DNA from: Spirochaetia bacterium
GTDB lineage: Bacteria > Spirochaetota > Spirochaetia > UBA9216
Direction: 5' to 3'
NCBI GenBank assembly: GCA_963677925.2
Contig: CAXXYH010000003.1
Span: 1,248,001-1,312,000 of the forward strand
DNA length: 64,000 nucleotides
Below, one piece after another: positions 39,392 through 49,353 of the stretch (position 1 is the first letter of the stretch; each line of letters starts with the position of its first letter). A program made the translations under genes and the position numbers. A model generated the notes under the pieces. The model ran no database searches and was not told the origin of the DNA. It saw only the letters and a list, made by a program, of their open reading frames with translations.

Positions 39392-40588
39392 TTATTCAAA
39401 TAAGTCTTTCTTTTTTACTGTAAAAAGGTAGCAGACAAATGCAAGAAACGCTACCAGCGCAGAACCGGTAAAGACATTCCCGAGACCGAGAAAATCACCG
39501 ATTACCCCCCAGGCAAGAGACCCGATGCCGATTCCGGCATCCATTGCGAGATAAAAGGTAGCGTTGGCAGCAGCCCGCTCTTTTTTGGTGGTCTTCACTA
39601 CAGCCCCTACATTCAGCAGCAGTGATGAAAATCCATAGCCAAGGCCGTAGATTAATGCAACCGGAATCAGCAGATACACAGATCTTACAAATATAATTCC
39701 AACAGTCCCTGCAAAAACCGCCAAAAGGCCGGCAGCAAGAACTGTATATTCGGAAAAACGGCCTGAAACTTTACCTGCAAAAAGCCTGGAAAATCCTACA
39801 CCGGCGGCTCTTACAGTAAAGTAGAGGGCAATGCTTTCTATCCCCACAAGTTTTGCATAGGGAACAAGAAAAGTAGAAACAGCGGCACTGAGCAGAGCTA
39901 AAATTCCCATAAAAAGTGATGCATAAGCCGCCTTGGGTTCTATTATTCTACTGATAAAGCTGACTGCCTTTTCACCGGGCTCCTTACATACTTCAACTGT
40001 CTCACAGGCAGATTTGAAGGAACGGCTCTCATATCTGACAAAAACAGCGGCTATAGCCGATGCCGCAGCAATTATCCCGGTAATCACAAACCCGGCGCTG
40101 TAACCGGTTATATCTATCAGCATCAGAGCCGCTGCAGGACCGGCAGCCTGAGCAAGTGTTGCAGTCAAACCGTAATATCCCAGCCCTTCAACCAGCCGTT
40201 TCTGAGGAACTATATCAGTTACCATTGTGGTGCTGGCAACTGACTGGAAAGAGAAGCCTACTCCGCACAGGGCCTGAAAAATAAAAAGCATCGGAAGATT
40301 ATATATAAAACCGAATGGTATGGTTGTTACTGCAAATAGCAGAGTACCGATGGTGAACATTGACTTCCGCCCGTATTTATCAATTATATTTCCGGAAAAT
40401 GGACGCAAAACTATTGAAGCTACCGTAAATACCGTCATTGCAGCCCCGGCTATTGTTTTTGAGGAGAAAAGATCAAGCAGATATAGAGGCTGCAGCGTCA
40501 TCTTTATAAACATAGCAAGACGAACCAGCAGTCCGATTATAGAAACAAGATAAAAATCAAGAGTAAAAAGCTTTTCAGTTTTTTCCAT
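39392..40588 (-). CDS. MFS transporter
   Basis: About 12 TM segments; motif A RPFSGNIIDKYGRK. Confidence 0.92.
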   Translation of the reverse strand: MEKTEKLFTLDFYLVSIIGLLVRLAMFIKMTLQPLYLLDLFSSKTIAGAAMTVFTVASIVLRPFSGNIIDKYGRKSMFTIGTLLFAVTTIPFGFIYNLPMLFIFQALCGVGFSFQSVASTTMVTDIVPQKRLVEGLGYYGLTATLAQAAGPAAALMLIDITGYSAGFVITGIIAAASAIAAVFVRYESRSFKSACETVEVCKEPGEKAVSFISRIIEPKAAYASLFMGILALLSAAVSTFLVPYAKLVGIESIALYFTVRAAGVGFSRLFAGKVSGRFSEYTVLAAGLLAVFAGTVGIIFVRSVYLLIPVALIYGLGYGFSSLLLNVGAVVKTTKKERAAANATFYLAMDAGIGIGSLAWGVIGDFLGLGNVFTGSALVAFLAFVCYLFTVKKKDLFE

Positions 40589-40898
40589 TAGCGCCGCCGT
40601 TTCCTGTAGTTGTATAATCAGTTGGTTTATTCTGCCCTATGCCAGCTTGGGAAGGTCAAGGATTTTTTTAATATTAATAGTTTTTTTGCACAATTGTTAA
40701 TTTTGTAAATTATTTTGATTTTCCTTGAAATAAGCAATACAGGGCAGTAATTTATAGTTACGTTTCGTCGAACATAAATTCTTTTTAAATCACGACAGCG
40801 AAGTGATTCACAGGTTTTCAATTTCCTGTCCGGTATAATAATTTGAGACTTCCTTATTTGACACAACCTTACCGGGCTGTCGGTTTTATTTCATCCGC

Positions 40899-41480
40899 TT
40901 AGATATCATTTAATTTAAGATAACTCTTCATCGAATGATACATAGTCCCGGCAAGAAATTCTGCGAACTGGTCTTCAGGCATCGGAGATTCAGAAGACAG
41001 CCAGTCGCCAATAACAAAAAGAAATCCGTAGCTGTTAAAATCAATAAACAGCTGCTGATGTTCGAGTTCTTTTCCTTCAGCATTATTAAGAGAATCAACT
41101 ATCCTCTTCTTTGTATTGATCCGTATACTGTCAAAAACAAAACGGTAATCGCCGCTGCAGAAAAGACGTCGATGCAGAGCTTTATTTTTTAATATAATCC
41201 CTAAAAAACCCGTCACAAAACGGTTGTAATGCTCAAGTTCAAGCGGAAGGCTGCTGAAATCCTGAAGCCCTGAGAGATCTTCCATTATTTCCTGCTGCAG
41301 TTCTTCGAGAATACTGTACTGAGACTGATAATGACGGTAAAAGGTTTTACGGTTTATATCGGCCCTCCTGGCTATTTCACTCACGGTAATATCTCTGTAA
41401 TCCATTTCAAGAATAAGCTCTTTGAAGATATTTCTGATCTGAGCATGAGTTTTAATATACCTTTTATCCGTCCTTTCCAA
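40899..41480 (-). CDS. TetR/AcrR-family regulator
   Basis: DKRYIKT..ITVSEIARRADINRKTFYRHY; TTG start at 41480 after SD GGAGG. Confidence 0.88.
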   Translation of the reverse strand: MERTDKRYIKTHAQIRNIFKELILEMDYRDITVSEIARRADINRKTFYRHYQSQYSILEELQQEIMEDLSGLQDFSSLPLELEHYNRFVTGFLGIILKNKALHRRLFCSGDYRFVFDSIRINTKKRIVDSLNNAEGKELEHQQLFIDFNSYGFLFVIGDWLSSESPMPEDQFAEFLAGTMYHSMKSYLKLNDI

Positions 41481-41496
41481 TAAAACCTCCCTTCTA

Positions 41497-41519
41497 CCAC
41501 AGTATTTGAAAATCTGTGG
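41497..41519. promoter_or_regulatory. Candidate TetR operator
   Basis: CCACAG-N11-CTGTGG palindrome between the divergent tetR and esterase genes. Confidence 0.45.
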
Positions 41520-41624
41520 CATAAACCACTCTTGGTAAAAGATCGCCCCTTGATTTATCATAGATCAGGATTATCATATTATAAAGCTTTTAAGCGACAC
41601 CTGTGGCAGAAAAAGGAGTTACTG

Positions 41625-43103
41625 ATGCACGGAATTTCAGTTTTAACAAAATACGGAAAAATTGAAGGCTTCGAAGAAGGAAGAATTATCAAATGGCATG
41701 GAATACCTTATGCACAGCCGCCTGTTGGAAGACTGAGATTTAAAAGGCCGGATCTGTGCAAACCCTGGAATGGAACACTTTCGGCCAGACAATTCGGTCC
41801 GCGTCCATTTCAGTTTATCGACAGAAAGGCCGTCAGAAAGATGGAAATGAGTGAAGACTGTCTGCATGTTAACATCTGGGCGCCTGCGGAAAGAAACCGC
41901 TGTCCTGTTTTTGTATATTACTACGGCGGAGCGAATACCAGCGGTGAAAGCTCTGACCCCATGTATGACGGAACCTCCTTTGCCGAAAACGGAATAATCT
42001 ATGTCTGCTTCAATTACAGACTGGGTCCTCTCGGATTTTATGATTTTTCCATTTTTGACAGTTCCTTCGACTCCAACTGCGGTTTTGCCGATCAGATAGC
42101 AGGTCTTAAATGGGTTAAAGAGAATATTGAATCATTCGGGGGAGATCCCGAAAATATCACAATCTGCGGAGAATCAGCAGGAGGTACGGCTGTATATGAC
42201 CTTCTTGCAGCACCCTCAGCCAGGGGGCTTTTCAGAAGGGCTATAGCAATGAGCGGTCTGGCGGACGATGCAGTATCTGCAAGACAGAACAGGCTTAATA
42301 TGGAACTGTTTCTTGATAAAATGAACCTTAAGCCCGAAAATATATCTCAACTGAAAACAATGGATCCGTCAAAAATGATAAGTGCTGCCGGCTGGATGTT
42401 CAGCAGTAATAATACAGTCTACCCCGGAATATTTGTACCGGGTCCGGTAATTGATGATCTTCTGCCGCAGAAACCATGGAAGGCTATGACACAGGGGTCC
42501 GCAGAAGGCATTGACTGCATATTCGGAACATGCAGGGATGAGGCTACTCTTTTCTTTCTGATGAAAATGCTTCCGGGAACCTGGAATGAAGTAAGCAGAA
42601 TGCTTGAACTCAATGACAGTATGGATAAGCTGGAAGATTTAAAAAGAGTCTACACGGATAATAAAGACAAGACAGCTCTGCAGAAATTATTCAGGGACAG
42701 GCTGTTCTGGGCACATTCGGTAATGTGTGCCGATGCACAGAGTCAGAACGGGAATGTCTACGCATACAGAAATGACTTTGAATACAATTTTCTGAAATTT
42801 GCCGGGCTTGGAGCGATGCACGGTTCAGATGTAGGTATGGCGTTAAATACCAAAGGCGGTACTCTTGATAAGGCTTCAATCGGAACGCCGAAAGCCCGAA
42901 AGGCTCTCATGAAAAAGTTTGTACATGGCTCATGGCTGAACTTTACAAAAACCGGCGACCCCAACGGGGAGCTGCCGCTTGCATGGGAACTCTACAATGC
43001 TCAGCAGCGGGCTACATTTATTTTCAATGACACATGCAGCATAGAGAATAACCCTAACGCTGAAGCATTTGAAGTCTGGAAAACTCTTAAACTATACGAA
43101 TAA
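41625..43103 (+). CDS. Type-B carboxylesterase (PnbA-like)
   Basis: GIPYAQPPVGRLRF, SEDCL, GESAGG nucleophile and HGSD; SD AGGAG. Confidence 0.92.
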   Translation: MHGISVLTKYGKIEGFEEGRIIKWHGIPYAQPPVGRLRFKRPDLCKPWNGTLSARQFGPRPFQFIDRKAVRKMEMSEDCLHVNIWAPAERNRCPVFVYYYGGANTSGESSDPMYDGTSFAENGIIYVCFNYRLGPLGFYDFSIFDSSFDSNCGFADQIAGLKWVKENIESFGGDPENITICGESAGGTAVYDLLAAPSARGLFRRAIAMSGLADDAVSARQNRLNMELFLDKMNLKPENISQLKTMDPSKMISAAGWMFSSNNTVYPGIFVPGPVIDDLLPQKPWKAMTQGSAEGIDCIFGTCRDEATLFFLMKMLPGTWNEVSRMLELNDSMDKLEDLKRVYTDNKDKTALQKLFRDRLFWAHSVMCADAQSQNGNVYAYRNDFEYNFLKFAGLGAMHGSDVGMALNTKGGTLDKASIGTPKARKALMKKFVHGSWLNFTKTGDPNGELPLAWELYNAQQRATFIFNDTCSIENNPNAEAFEVWKTLKLYE

Positions 43104-43136
43104 ATCCGAAGAGCAATAAGCAGGCAGCTGAATAAT

Positions 43137-44213
43137 TCAGCTGCTGAATTTTATCCTGGACAGCCTGTACAATTCCTCTCTGAATACCGGCGGCAGTACC
43201 GAATTGGCCATATGATTCAAAACTACGGGTTTTTCAGGATTACAGTATCTATCGACAAACACAGCAGCCTCTGTCCTGAGCCTTGTATCATCTGCATCTT
43301 CAGGATATTCCTCGGGGGCAACACCAAGGATAAGCTGATCTCCATAATTTTCGTACATACTGAATGTATTATTTATAGTCTGAGGCGACCAGAGGTCCCA
43401 CCCAGCCTTTATAATTGACGGTACTCTTGACTCGAGCAGACCGCAGCTGTGGAGTTCTGCAATCAGCCCTTTGCTGTGGATATGGCCGGTTAAACGCTGC
43501 ATTGCCGGAACAATCATCTCTTCAGCAGTTTCTTCTGAAAAAAGAGGCCCGCGCATAGCACCCCAGTCATCATGAACAAGAACACCGTCAATATCAAAAT
43601 ATTCAATAAACTTGTCAATAATTCCTGAATAAAGATCTGTCAGCCTGTCAAAAAGAGCCTTGACAGCCTCTTTCTGTGAATCGTCAATTAAAGCAATTGA
43701 TGCATTTCCGAAATCCATGAATGATATCAGTCTCTCAAAATATCCTGAAAAAATTGTTGTAAAGACAGCTCTTCCACTTTTTAGATAATTCTGATTCCTT
43801 TCACAGGCACCGGACCAGTCCCAGCTGTCAATATCAGGCCAGACAAGTTTGGAGGTCCATTCATTTGCATCGGTAAAGATATGATTCATGGGGTCAACAG
43901 CCGACCCCCTGTTATCCAGATCATACTTCCATTCAACACCGAACATATCCTTGCCGCCATAGTTTTCCACAGGAATATTTGTCTCCTGACTTACAGCTCC
44001 GCGTGCAAGATTATCCGGTATTATATCCGGAGTAAAATTTAGCTTTTCAACACCTGTAATCTGCCATACAGGTTTTCCTTTAAAAAAACTCTGATACCCC
44101 TCACGCGGAGGAAGGGGGAAATTATATAAAGGAAGCACAGGACGTTCAGGACGCCCCGGCTTGATCTCATCTACAACTGTAAGTTCATCTTCGGAAAAAG
44201 CAATTTTTGTCAT
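43137..44213 (-). CDS. Uroporphyrinogen decarboxylase-family (MtaA/CmuA-like) methyltransferase
   Basis: DMFGVEW, HDDWG..GPLFS and ELHSCG (Zn-binding HxC). Confidence 0.8.
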   Translation of the reverse strand: MTKIAFSEDELTVVDEIKPGRPERPVLPLYNFPLPPREGYQSFFKGKPVWQITGVEKLNFTPDIIPDNLARGAVSQETNIPVENYGGKDMFGVEWKYDLDNRGSAVDPMNHIFTDANEWTSKLVWPDIDSWDWSGACERNQNYLKSGRAVFTTIFSGYFERLISFMDFGNASIALIDDSQKEAVKALFDRLTDLYSGIIDKFIEYFDIDGVLVHDDWGAMRGPLFSEETAEEMIVPAMQRLTGHIHSKGLIAELHSCGLLESRVPSIIKAGWDLWSPQTINNTFSMYENYGDQLILGVAPEEYPEDADDTRLRTEAAVFVDRYCNPEKPVVLNHMANSVLPPVFREELYRLSRIKFSS

Positions 44214-44215
44214 AT

Positions 44216-44359
44216 TCAGATTACACCTTCATTCTTCAATGTTTGTATTTCCCCGTCGCTCATACCCATAAAAGTATTATAGATCTTGTCGTTGTGCTGA
44301 CCTGGATCAGGCACAGCTTTCACAGGAACATTTGTATCAGACATTCTGTATTCAGGAAA
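44216..44359 (-). pseudogene. C-terminal remnant of a family III CoA transferase
   Basis: Hand translation FPEYRMSDTNVPVKAVPDPGQHNDKIYNTFMGMSDGEIQTLKNEGVI* fits the CaiB/Frc C-terminus pattern (cf. APGLGEHT..LGYSKEKVEELLNSGVV in 6580-7803). An in-frame stop lies immediately upstream. Confidence 0.7.
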
Positions 44360-44658
44360 TTATCTTATCACACACTTCGGCCTTGTCAAGCACAGAGATC
44401 CACTTATTACTTCAGACAAGCCCTTCGGACCCAATGATTATGTACACATTCAAATTTCAAAAGCATCCGGGAAGCAAGAAAAAGGACTAAATATAAAGCC
44501 ATGGATATTCTTGCAGAAGCCGGCGCAACCTTTCTTTTAAGCCTGCAAAAAACCTCATTTATCAAATATTTCTGACATAGTTCTGACAAAAATCAAATTT
44601 TAACGCTTTAATATTGCAAACAAACAAAATTCATGTAGTATTTTCTTCAGGAGTATAC

Positions 44659-46431
44659 ATGAATAAAAATATTATAAAACCGGCCGAGCTGGTGATAAGA
44701 AATGCTGTTGTATATACAGTTGATAAAAATAAAACCAAGGCGGAGGCCATTGCTGTAAGCGGCGGAAGAATAGAAGCAGTCGGTTCTGAAGATGAAATAC
44801 AGAAATACATCGGAAACGATACAGAGCTGATTGATCTCGATGGAAAACTGATTCTCCCGGCCTTCGTAGACTCTCACATGCATCCGGCAGGCAGTGCAGT
44901 CGTTTATGTATTTCAGATCAAACTTCATGATCTTTTTACAAAAGAAGAATACCTTGAAAGAATCGATGATTTTGTTAAATCACATCCTGAAATGCAGGCT
45001 TACCAGGGTAAGGGTTTCTACCGTGCAATATTTGATGAAGTCGGCCCAAGAAAAGAGGACCTTGATATAATAAGCCCTGATAAACCGCTTGCCGTGCAGT
45101 CTGTCGACGGGCACTCGATCTGGGCCAATTCAAAAGCGCTTGAGATGGCAGGCATTACAGCCGAAACACCGGATCCTCCCGGGGGAGTAATCAAGCACGA
45201 TCCTGAAACAGGCGAACCTTCCGGACTGCTTTCTGAATCGGCAATGGGCCCGATCCTGGAATTGTTTCCGGCGCCAACGAAGGCTGAATACAAGGAAGCA
45301 CTCCTCTGGCTTCAGCAATGGTTTAACTCGGTCGGGCTTACAACATGCCATGACGCTATTACCCCCTTTGAGCCTGACTATTACGAGGCCTTTGAGGAAC
45401 TGGCCGAGGAAGGAAAACTTACAGTACGTTACAGAGGTTCCTGGAGTATGTATCCTGAACTGACCGGCGGAGGCGAGGGTCAGAGCGAAGACTTCAAACC
45501 TGAAATGAGCCTTGATGACGCAATCAGCCATGCTCAGAAACTCTCCGCATCCTTTAAAACTCCATATTGGAAAGTTGAATCATTCAAGTTCTTTGCTGAC
45601 CAGGTTATTGAAGAAGAAACAGGACTAATGAAGACCCCCTATCAAAACAGGGACGACAACTGGCATGGGATAAAGGTATGGGATCAGGAGTTTCTGAAAG
45701 AGGCTTTCCAAAAGATTGATGCAATAGGTTATAATATCCATACACACCAGATCGGTGACGGTGCTGCAGAGCTGGGACTTGATGCACTTGAGTACGCAAG
45801 AGAAAAAAACGGACCAAGAGACTCAAGGCATACTTTTGCCCATGTTCAGGTGATTGAGCCGAAAGACATAGAAAGAATGGCTGCAATGGGAATGAATGCA
45901 GTCATTGCACCATACTGGTCAATAGTCGATGATTACTACTGGGAACTCTATGTCCCCTACCTTGGTGAAGAAAAAGCCTACAATGCACAATACCCTGCAG
46001 CAAGCCTGATGGAAGCAGGAGTTAACACTTCTTTTCACTGCGATTTTTCTGTAACCGAGCCTGACTACGGATGGGCAATTTACAGTGCCATGACAAGGAC
46101 ACAGCCCGAGAAAGTATTCAGAAAAGAAAAGGGTGAGCGTGCCGACAGGTATCTTCGTACAACCGATTATTCTGTGAAGCCCGAACACGGAATGGCCTGT
46201 CCCCTCGGAAAGGCCGAAGAAAGGCTTAACCTCGAGCAGGCTATTGAAGCCGCCACAATAAACGGAGCAAGAGCCGATTTTCTTGAAAACGAAATTGGCT
46301 CAATTGAACCCGGTAAACTTGCGGATTTGGTAGTTCTTGACAGGAATCTGTTTGAAATTGATGTAGAGGATATTGCAGAGCTGAAAGTACTTATGACCTT
46401 CTTTGAGGGACACAGAGTATATTCAGCCTAA
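44659..46431 (+). CDS. Amidohydrolase family 3 (YtcJ-like)
   Basis: PAFVDSHMH, HSIWANSKAL, HQIGD and GSIEPGKLADLVVL. Confidence 0.92.
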   Translation: MNKNIIKPAELVIRNAVVYTVDKNKTKAEAIAVSGGRIEAVGSEDEIQKYIGNDTELIDLDGKLILPAFVDSHMHPAGSAVVYVFQIKLHDLFTKEEYLERIDDFVKSHPEMQAYQGKGFYRAIFDEVGPRKEDLDIISPDKPLAVQSVDGHSIWANSKALEMAGITAETPDPPGGVIKHDPETGEPSGLLSESAMGPILELFPAPTKAEYKEALLWLQQWFNSVGLTTCHDAITPFEPDYYEAFEELAEEGKLTVRYRGSWSMYPELTGGGEGQSEDFKPEMSLDDAISHAQKLSASFKTPYWKVESFKFFADQVIEEETGLMKTPYQNRDDNWHGIKVWDQEFLKEAFQKIDAIGYNIHTHQIGDGAAELGLDALEYAREKNGPRDSRHTFAHVQVIEPKDIERMAAMGMNAVIAPYWSIVDDYYWELYVPYLGEEKAYNAQYPAASLMEAGVNTSFHCDFSVTEPDYGWAIYSAMTRTQPEKVFRKEKGERADRYLRTTDYSVKPEHGMACPLGKAEERLNLEQAIEAATINGARADFLENEIGSIEPGKLADLVVLDRNLFEIDVEDIAELKVLMTFFEGHRVYSA

Positions 46432-46583
46432 GACTATAATTGTTTGAACGGTCATACAAAAATGTAGCCTGTACTATCCTTTCATACATTTATGTAAGAA
46501 CCTGAATTAAAACAGTGGGCATCAATTACTGTTTTAACAAAAATGGCGGTGTATATTTTATGTAAAACAAAAAATATACACCT

Positions 46584-46599
46584 TGGCATATATTTTGCA
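46584..46599 (+). promoter_or_regulatory. Sigma54 (-24/-12) promoter
   Basis: TGGCAT-ATATT-TTGCA, with GG (46585) and GC (46597) 12 nt apart; 32 nt before the SBP ATG. Confidence 0.7.
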
Positions 46600-46631
46600 T
46601 TAGAATATTAAATTTTTTAAAGGGGATTTGG

Positions 46632-48275
46632 ATGAAAAATAACACAAGACCTTTCAGGAGCGTAGTAATAATCGCTCTTCTCGTGCTGTTTTCGGCCGGA
46701 CTTGTTTTTGCCGGCGGCTCACAGGAAAAAGTGGAAAAAACAAGACTTAATGTAGGCTGGACAGCCGGACAGAGTCTTGAATCAACTATAGTAGATGAAA
46801 ACTGGCAGTACCTTGAAATGGGCTGTATTCTCTGGCAGCTCACCTATGACCAGGTATTCATTATGGGTGATGCGGAAAGCGGATACGAACCTCAGCCGAT
46901 GATTGCAAAAAGCTGGGATGTTTCAGAAGATAAAAAGACATGGACATTCTACCTTAGAGATGACATCAAGTTTACCGACGGTGTTCCTTTAACTGCAGAA
47001 GACCTTGCTTTTACACTTGAATATCTTCCGGCATCAGATCCTGCATGGGAAATGGTAGACTTTGACTATGAAAGCTTTGAAGTCATTGATGACTATACAT
47101 TCCAGGTTACAATGAACCTTACCTTCGGTATGCCCTACCCGCCGCTGTTCTGGATGCCTATACTTCCGAAACACGTATGGGAAGAATACAAGGACGATAT
47201 GAAATCCTATGACAATGCGCAGATGCTCGGTTCAGGTCCTTACAAACTGAAAGAGTTCAAAACCGGACAGTATATCTGGCTTGAAGCAAACGAGGATTAC
47301 TGGGGCGGAAAACCCGGTGTTGATGAAATTGTATTCAAGATTTACGGAACAGAAGACGCCAGAAACATGGCTATGCAGACAGGCGATATCGACATGATCG
47401 GTTATCTTGGAGTTAATCCGCTCACAATCAAGGATTTTGAAAAAGTTGACGGTCTTGAAATAATTGAAGCTCCGGATATCAACCTTTACTGGATCAACTT
47501 CAACCTTCATCAGGAAAACGGTATACAGGATGTCGAGGTAAGAAAGGCTATTATGCATGCCATTGATGTTAACAGAATAATTGACATGGCTCTTATCGGA
47601 TACGGAACTCCGGTAGACAGTTTTGTTTACCCCGAACTCGAGTGGTACAACAAGGATGTTAACAAGTATCCCTACGATCCGGCAAAAGCAAACGATATTC
47701 TTGATGCTGCCGGATACAAGGACACCGACGGCGACGGCATTAGAAATGAAAAGAACGGCGACAACATGGTTTACGAACTCATGGTCGGATCCGATTACTC
47801 TGATGAGATAAAAGCTTCAACAATTGTTAAGGAACTTCTCTCAAAAGTAGGAATCAAGATTGAGCAGAAGATCGTTGACCTCGATACCTACTACACCTTC
47901 CTCTATGCACCTGATGAAGACCAGTTCGACCTTTCATTCTCAACTGAGGGCCCCGGTCCCAACGGTGAATGGTTCTGGGATTTCTGCCGAGGATGGGATA
48001 ACGGCGGTGCAGGATGGAATACAGCCTACTACAGCAGCGATGCTTTCGACACTGCGATGGACAATATGCTTGCTGCAGAAACTTTCGAAGAAAAGAATAT
48101 GTACAGAATGGAAATGCAGAAGATTATTTCTGAAGACCTTCCCTACGGACTTCTTTATAGAAAGACACTCGTATGCCCGGTAAACACAGCTGATTTCACA
48201 GGATTTACAGCAACAATGGGTGGAACAGCAACATGGATCAACCCCTGGTCATACTACAGAGCTACTGCAAAATAA
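46632..48275 (+). CDS. ABC transporter substrate-binding protein, family 5 (peptide/nickel)
   Basis: AKSWDVSEDKKTWTFYLRDDIKFTDG, GSGPYKL and VRKAIMHAID. Confidence 0.92.
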   Translation: MKNNTRPFRSVVIIALLVLFSAGLVFAGGSQEKVEKTRLNVGWTAGQSLESTIVDENWQYLEMGCILWQLTYDQVFIMGDAESGYEPQPMIAKSWDVSEDKKTWTFYLRDDIKFTDGVPLTAEDLAFTLEYLPASDPAWEMVDFDYESFEVIDDYTFQVTMNLTFGMPYPPLFWMPILPKHVWEEYKDDMKSYDNAQMLGSGPYKLKEFKTGQYIWLEANEDYWGGKPGVDEIVFKIYGTEDARNMAMQTGDIDMIGYLGVNPLTIKDFEKVDGLEIIEAPDINLYWINFNLHQENGIQDVEVRKAIMHAIDVNRIIDMALIGYGTPVDSFVYPELEWYNKDVNKYPYDPAKANDILDAAGYKDTDGDGIRNEKNGDNMVYELMVGSDYSDEIKASTIVKELLSKVGIKIEQKIVDLDTYYTFLYAPDEDQFDLSFSTEGPGPNGEWFWDFCRGWDNGGAGWNTAYYSSDAFDTAMDNMLAAETFEEKNMYRMEMQKIISEDLPYGLLYRKTLVCPVNTADFTGFTATMGGTATWINPWSYYRATAK

Positions 48276-48300
48276 TTTCAGGCACTGAACAATAAACAGC

Positions 48301-48335
48301 AAAGGCTGATCGGTTTTCCGATCAGCCTTTTTTTT
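48301..48335 (+). terminator. Rho-independent terminator
   Basis: AAAGGCTGATCGG-TTTT-CCGATCAGCCTTT followed by a T run. Confidence 0.88.
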
Positions 48336-48368
48336 GCAGCTGTTAACTGATTGTCCGGAACATAAACT

Positions 48369-49310
48369 CTATTCAGCAGCTCCTGATATAAATTCCTTCA
48401 TCTTGATAATGCGGTAGAGTGTTCTGTTCACCGGCACATCAATACCAAGTTCATCAGCAATTTCAATAAGTTTTCCGCTGAAAGAATCGACTTCGGTACG
48501 TCTTCCCGCCTCCATATCCTGAAGCATAGACGTTTTATTATCCGGCCCCAGTGTATTAAGAATTGAATACCAGCCGCTTATATCATCTTCGTGCAGATTA
48601 ACACCGGACGCAATGGCAACATTAACTGTTTCCCTCATGGCAGCTTCCATCAGCAGCTGAATTTCGCGTTCACTGTGAAATATGCCGTATTTAGCTCCTG
48701 TCACAGCAGAAACCTGATTAACACCAATATTAATCATCCACTTCCACCAGAGTGAGCGCAGAATATCATCCTGTATTTCAGTTACAATCCCGCAGGAATT
48801 AAGGAATTCTGCTGCAGAACTCAGGACCGAAGATCTGCGGCTGTGTTCCGGCATTCCAATTAAAAGTTTTCCGGGCGTAGTATAATTCAGCTTTAATCCG
48901 CTTTTAACTGCATCCATCCCTACAGCTACAGTTCTGATAACCGAAGCTTCAGGTAGTTCTTTTTCAATAATTTCTTCGCTGTCGATACCGTTTAATACTG
49001 ATAGAACTGCAGTCCCTTCCTTAACAGCTGCCTTCAGTATTGGGAGAATCTGATTCAGACTGTAATTTTTAACGGCAACTATGATTAAATCCGGCTTTAC
49101 AGCACGGCCGCCATTCAGCTCATCGGGAATTACAGCCTTAAACCGGCATTCCGAATCATTCACAAAGAACTGACTTTTATTTATACCCTCAGCCCGCTCA
49201 GGTCCGGCAAGAAAAAAGCATTTTTCACTTATGGAGCTATGTATCCTGTCGGCGTAAAGGAGTCCGAGAGCTCCCGCTCCAATGACTGCTGCAGATTCAA
49301 TAGTTTTCAT
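48369..49310 (-). CDS. panE: 2-dehydropantoate 2-reductase (ketopantoate reductase family)
   Basis: IGAGALG, VKNY, LNGI, WWKWMIN and TSMLQDMEAGRRTEVD. Confidence 0.88.
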   Translation of the reverse strand: MKTIESAAVIGAGALGLLYADRIHSSISEKCFFLAGPERAEGINKSQFFVNDSECRFKAVIPDELNGGRAVKPDLIIVAVKNYSLNQILPILKAAVKEGTAVLSVLNGIDSEEIIEKELPEASVIRTVAVGMDAVKSGLKLNYTTPGKLLIGMPEHSRRSSVLSSAAEFLNSCGIVTEIQDDILRSLWWKWMINIGVNQVSAVTGAKYGIFHSEREIQLLMEAAMRETVNVAIASGVNLHEDDISGWYSILNTLGPDNKTSMLQDMEAGRRTEVDSFSGKLIEIADELGIDVPVNRTLYRIIKMKEFISGAAE

Positions 49311-49353
49311 ACTTCAATACTACCCTGCGTTACAGCCGTCAATCAAGCATTTC

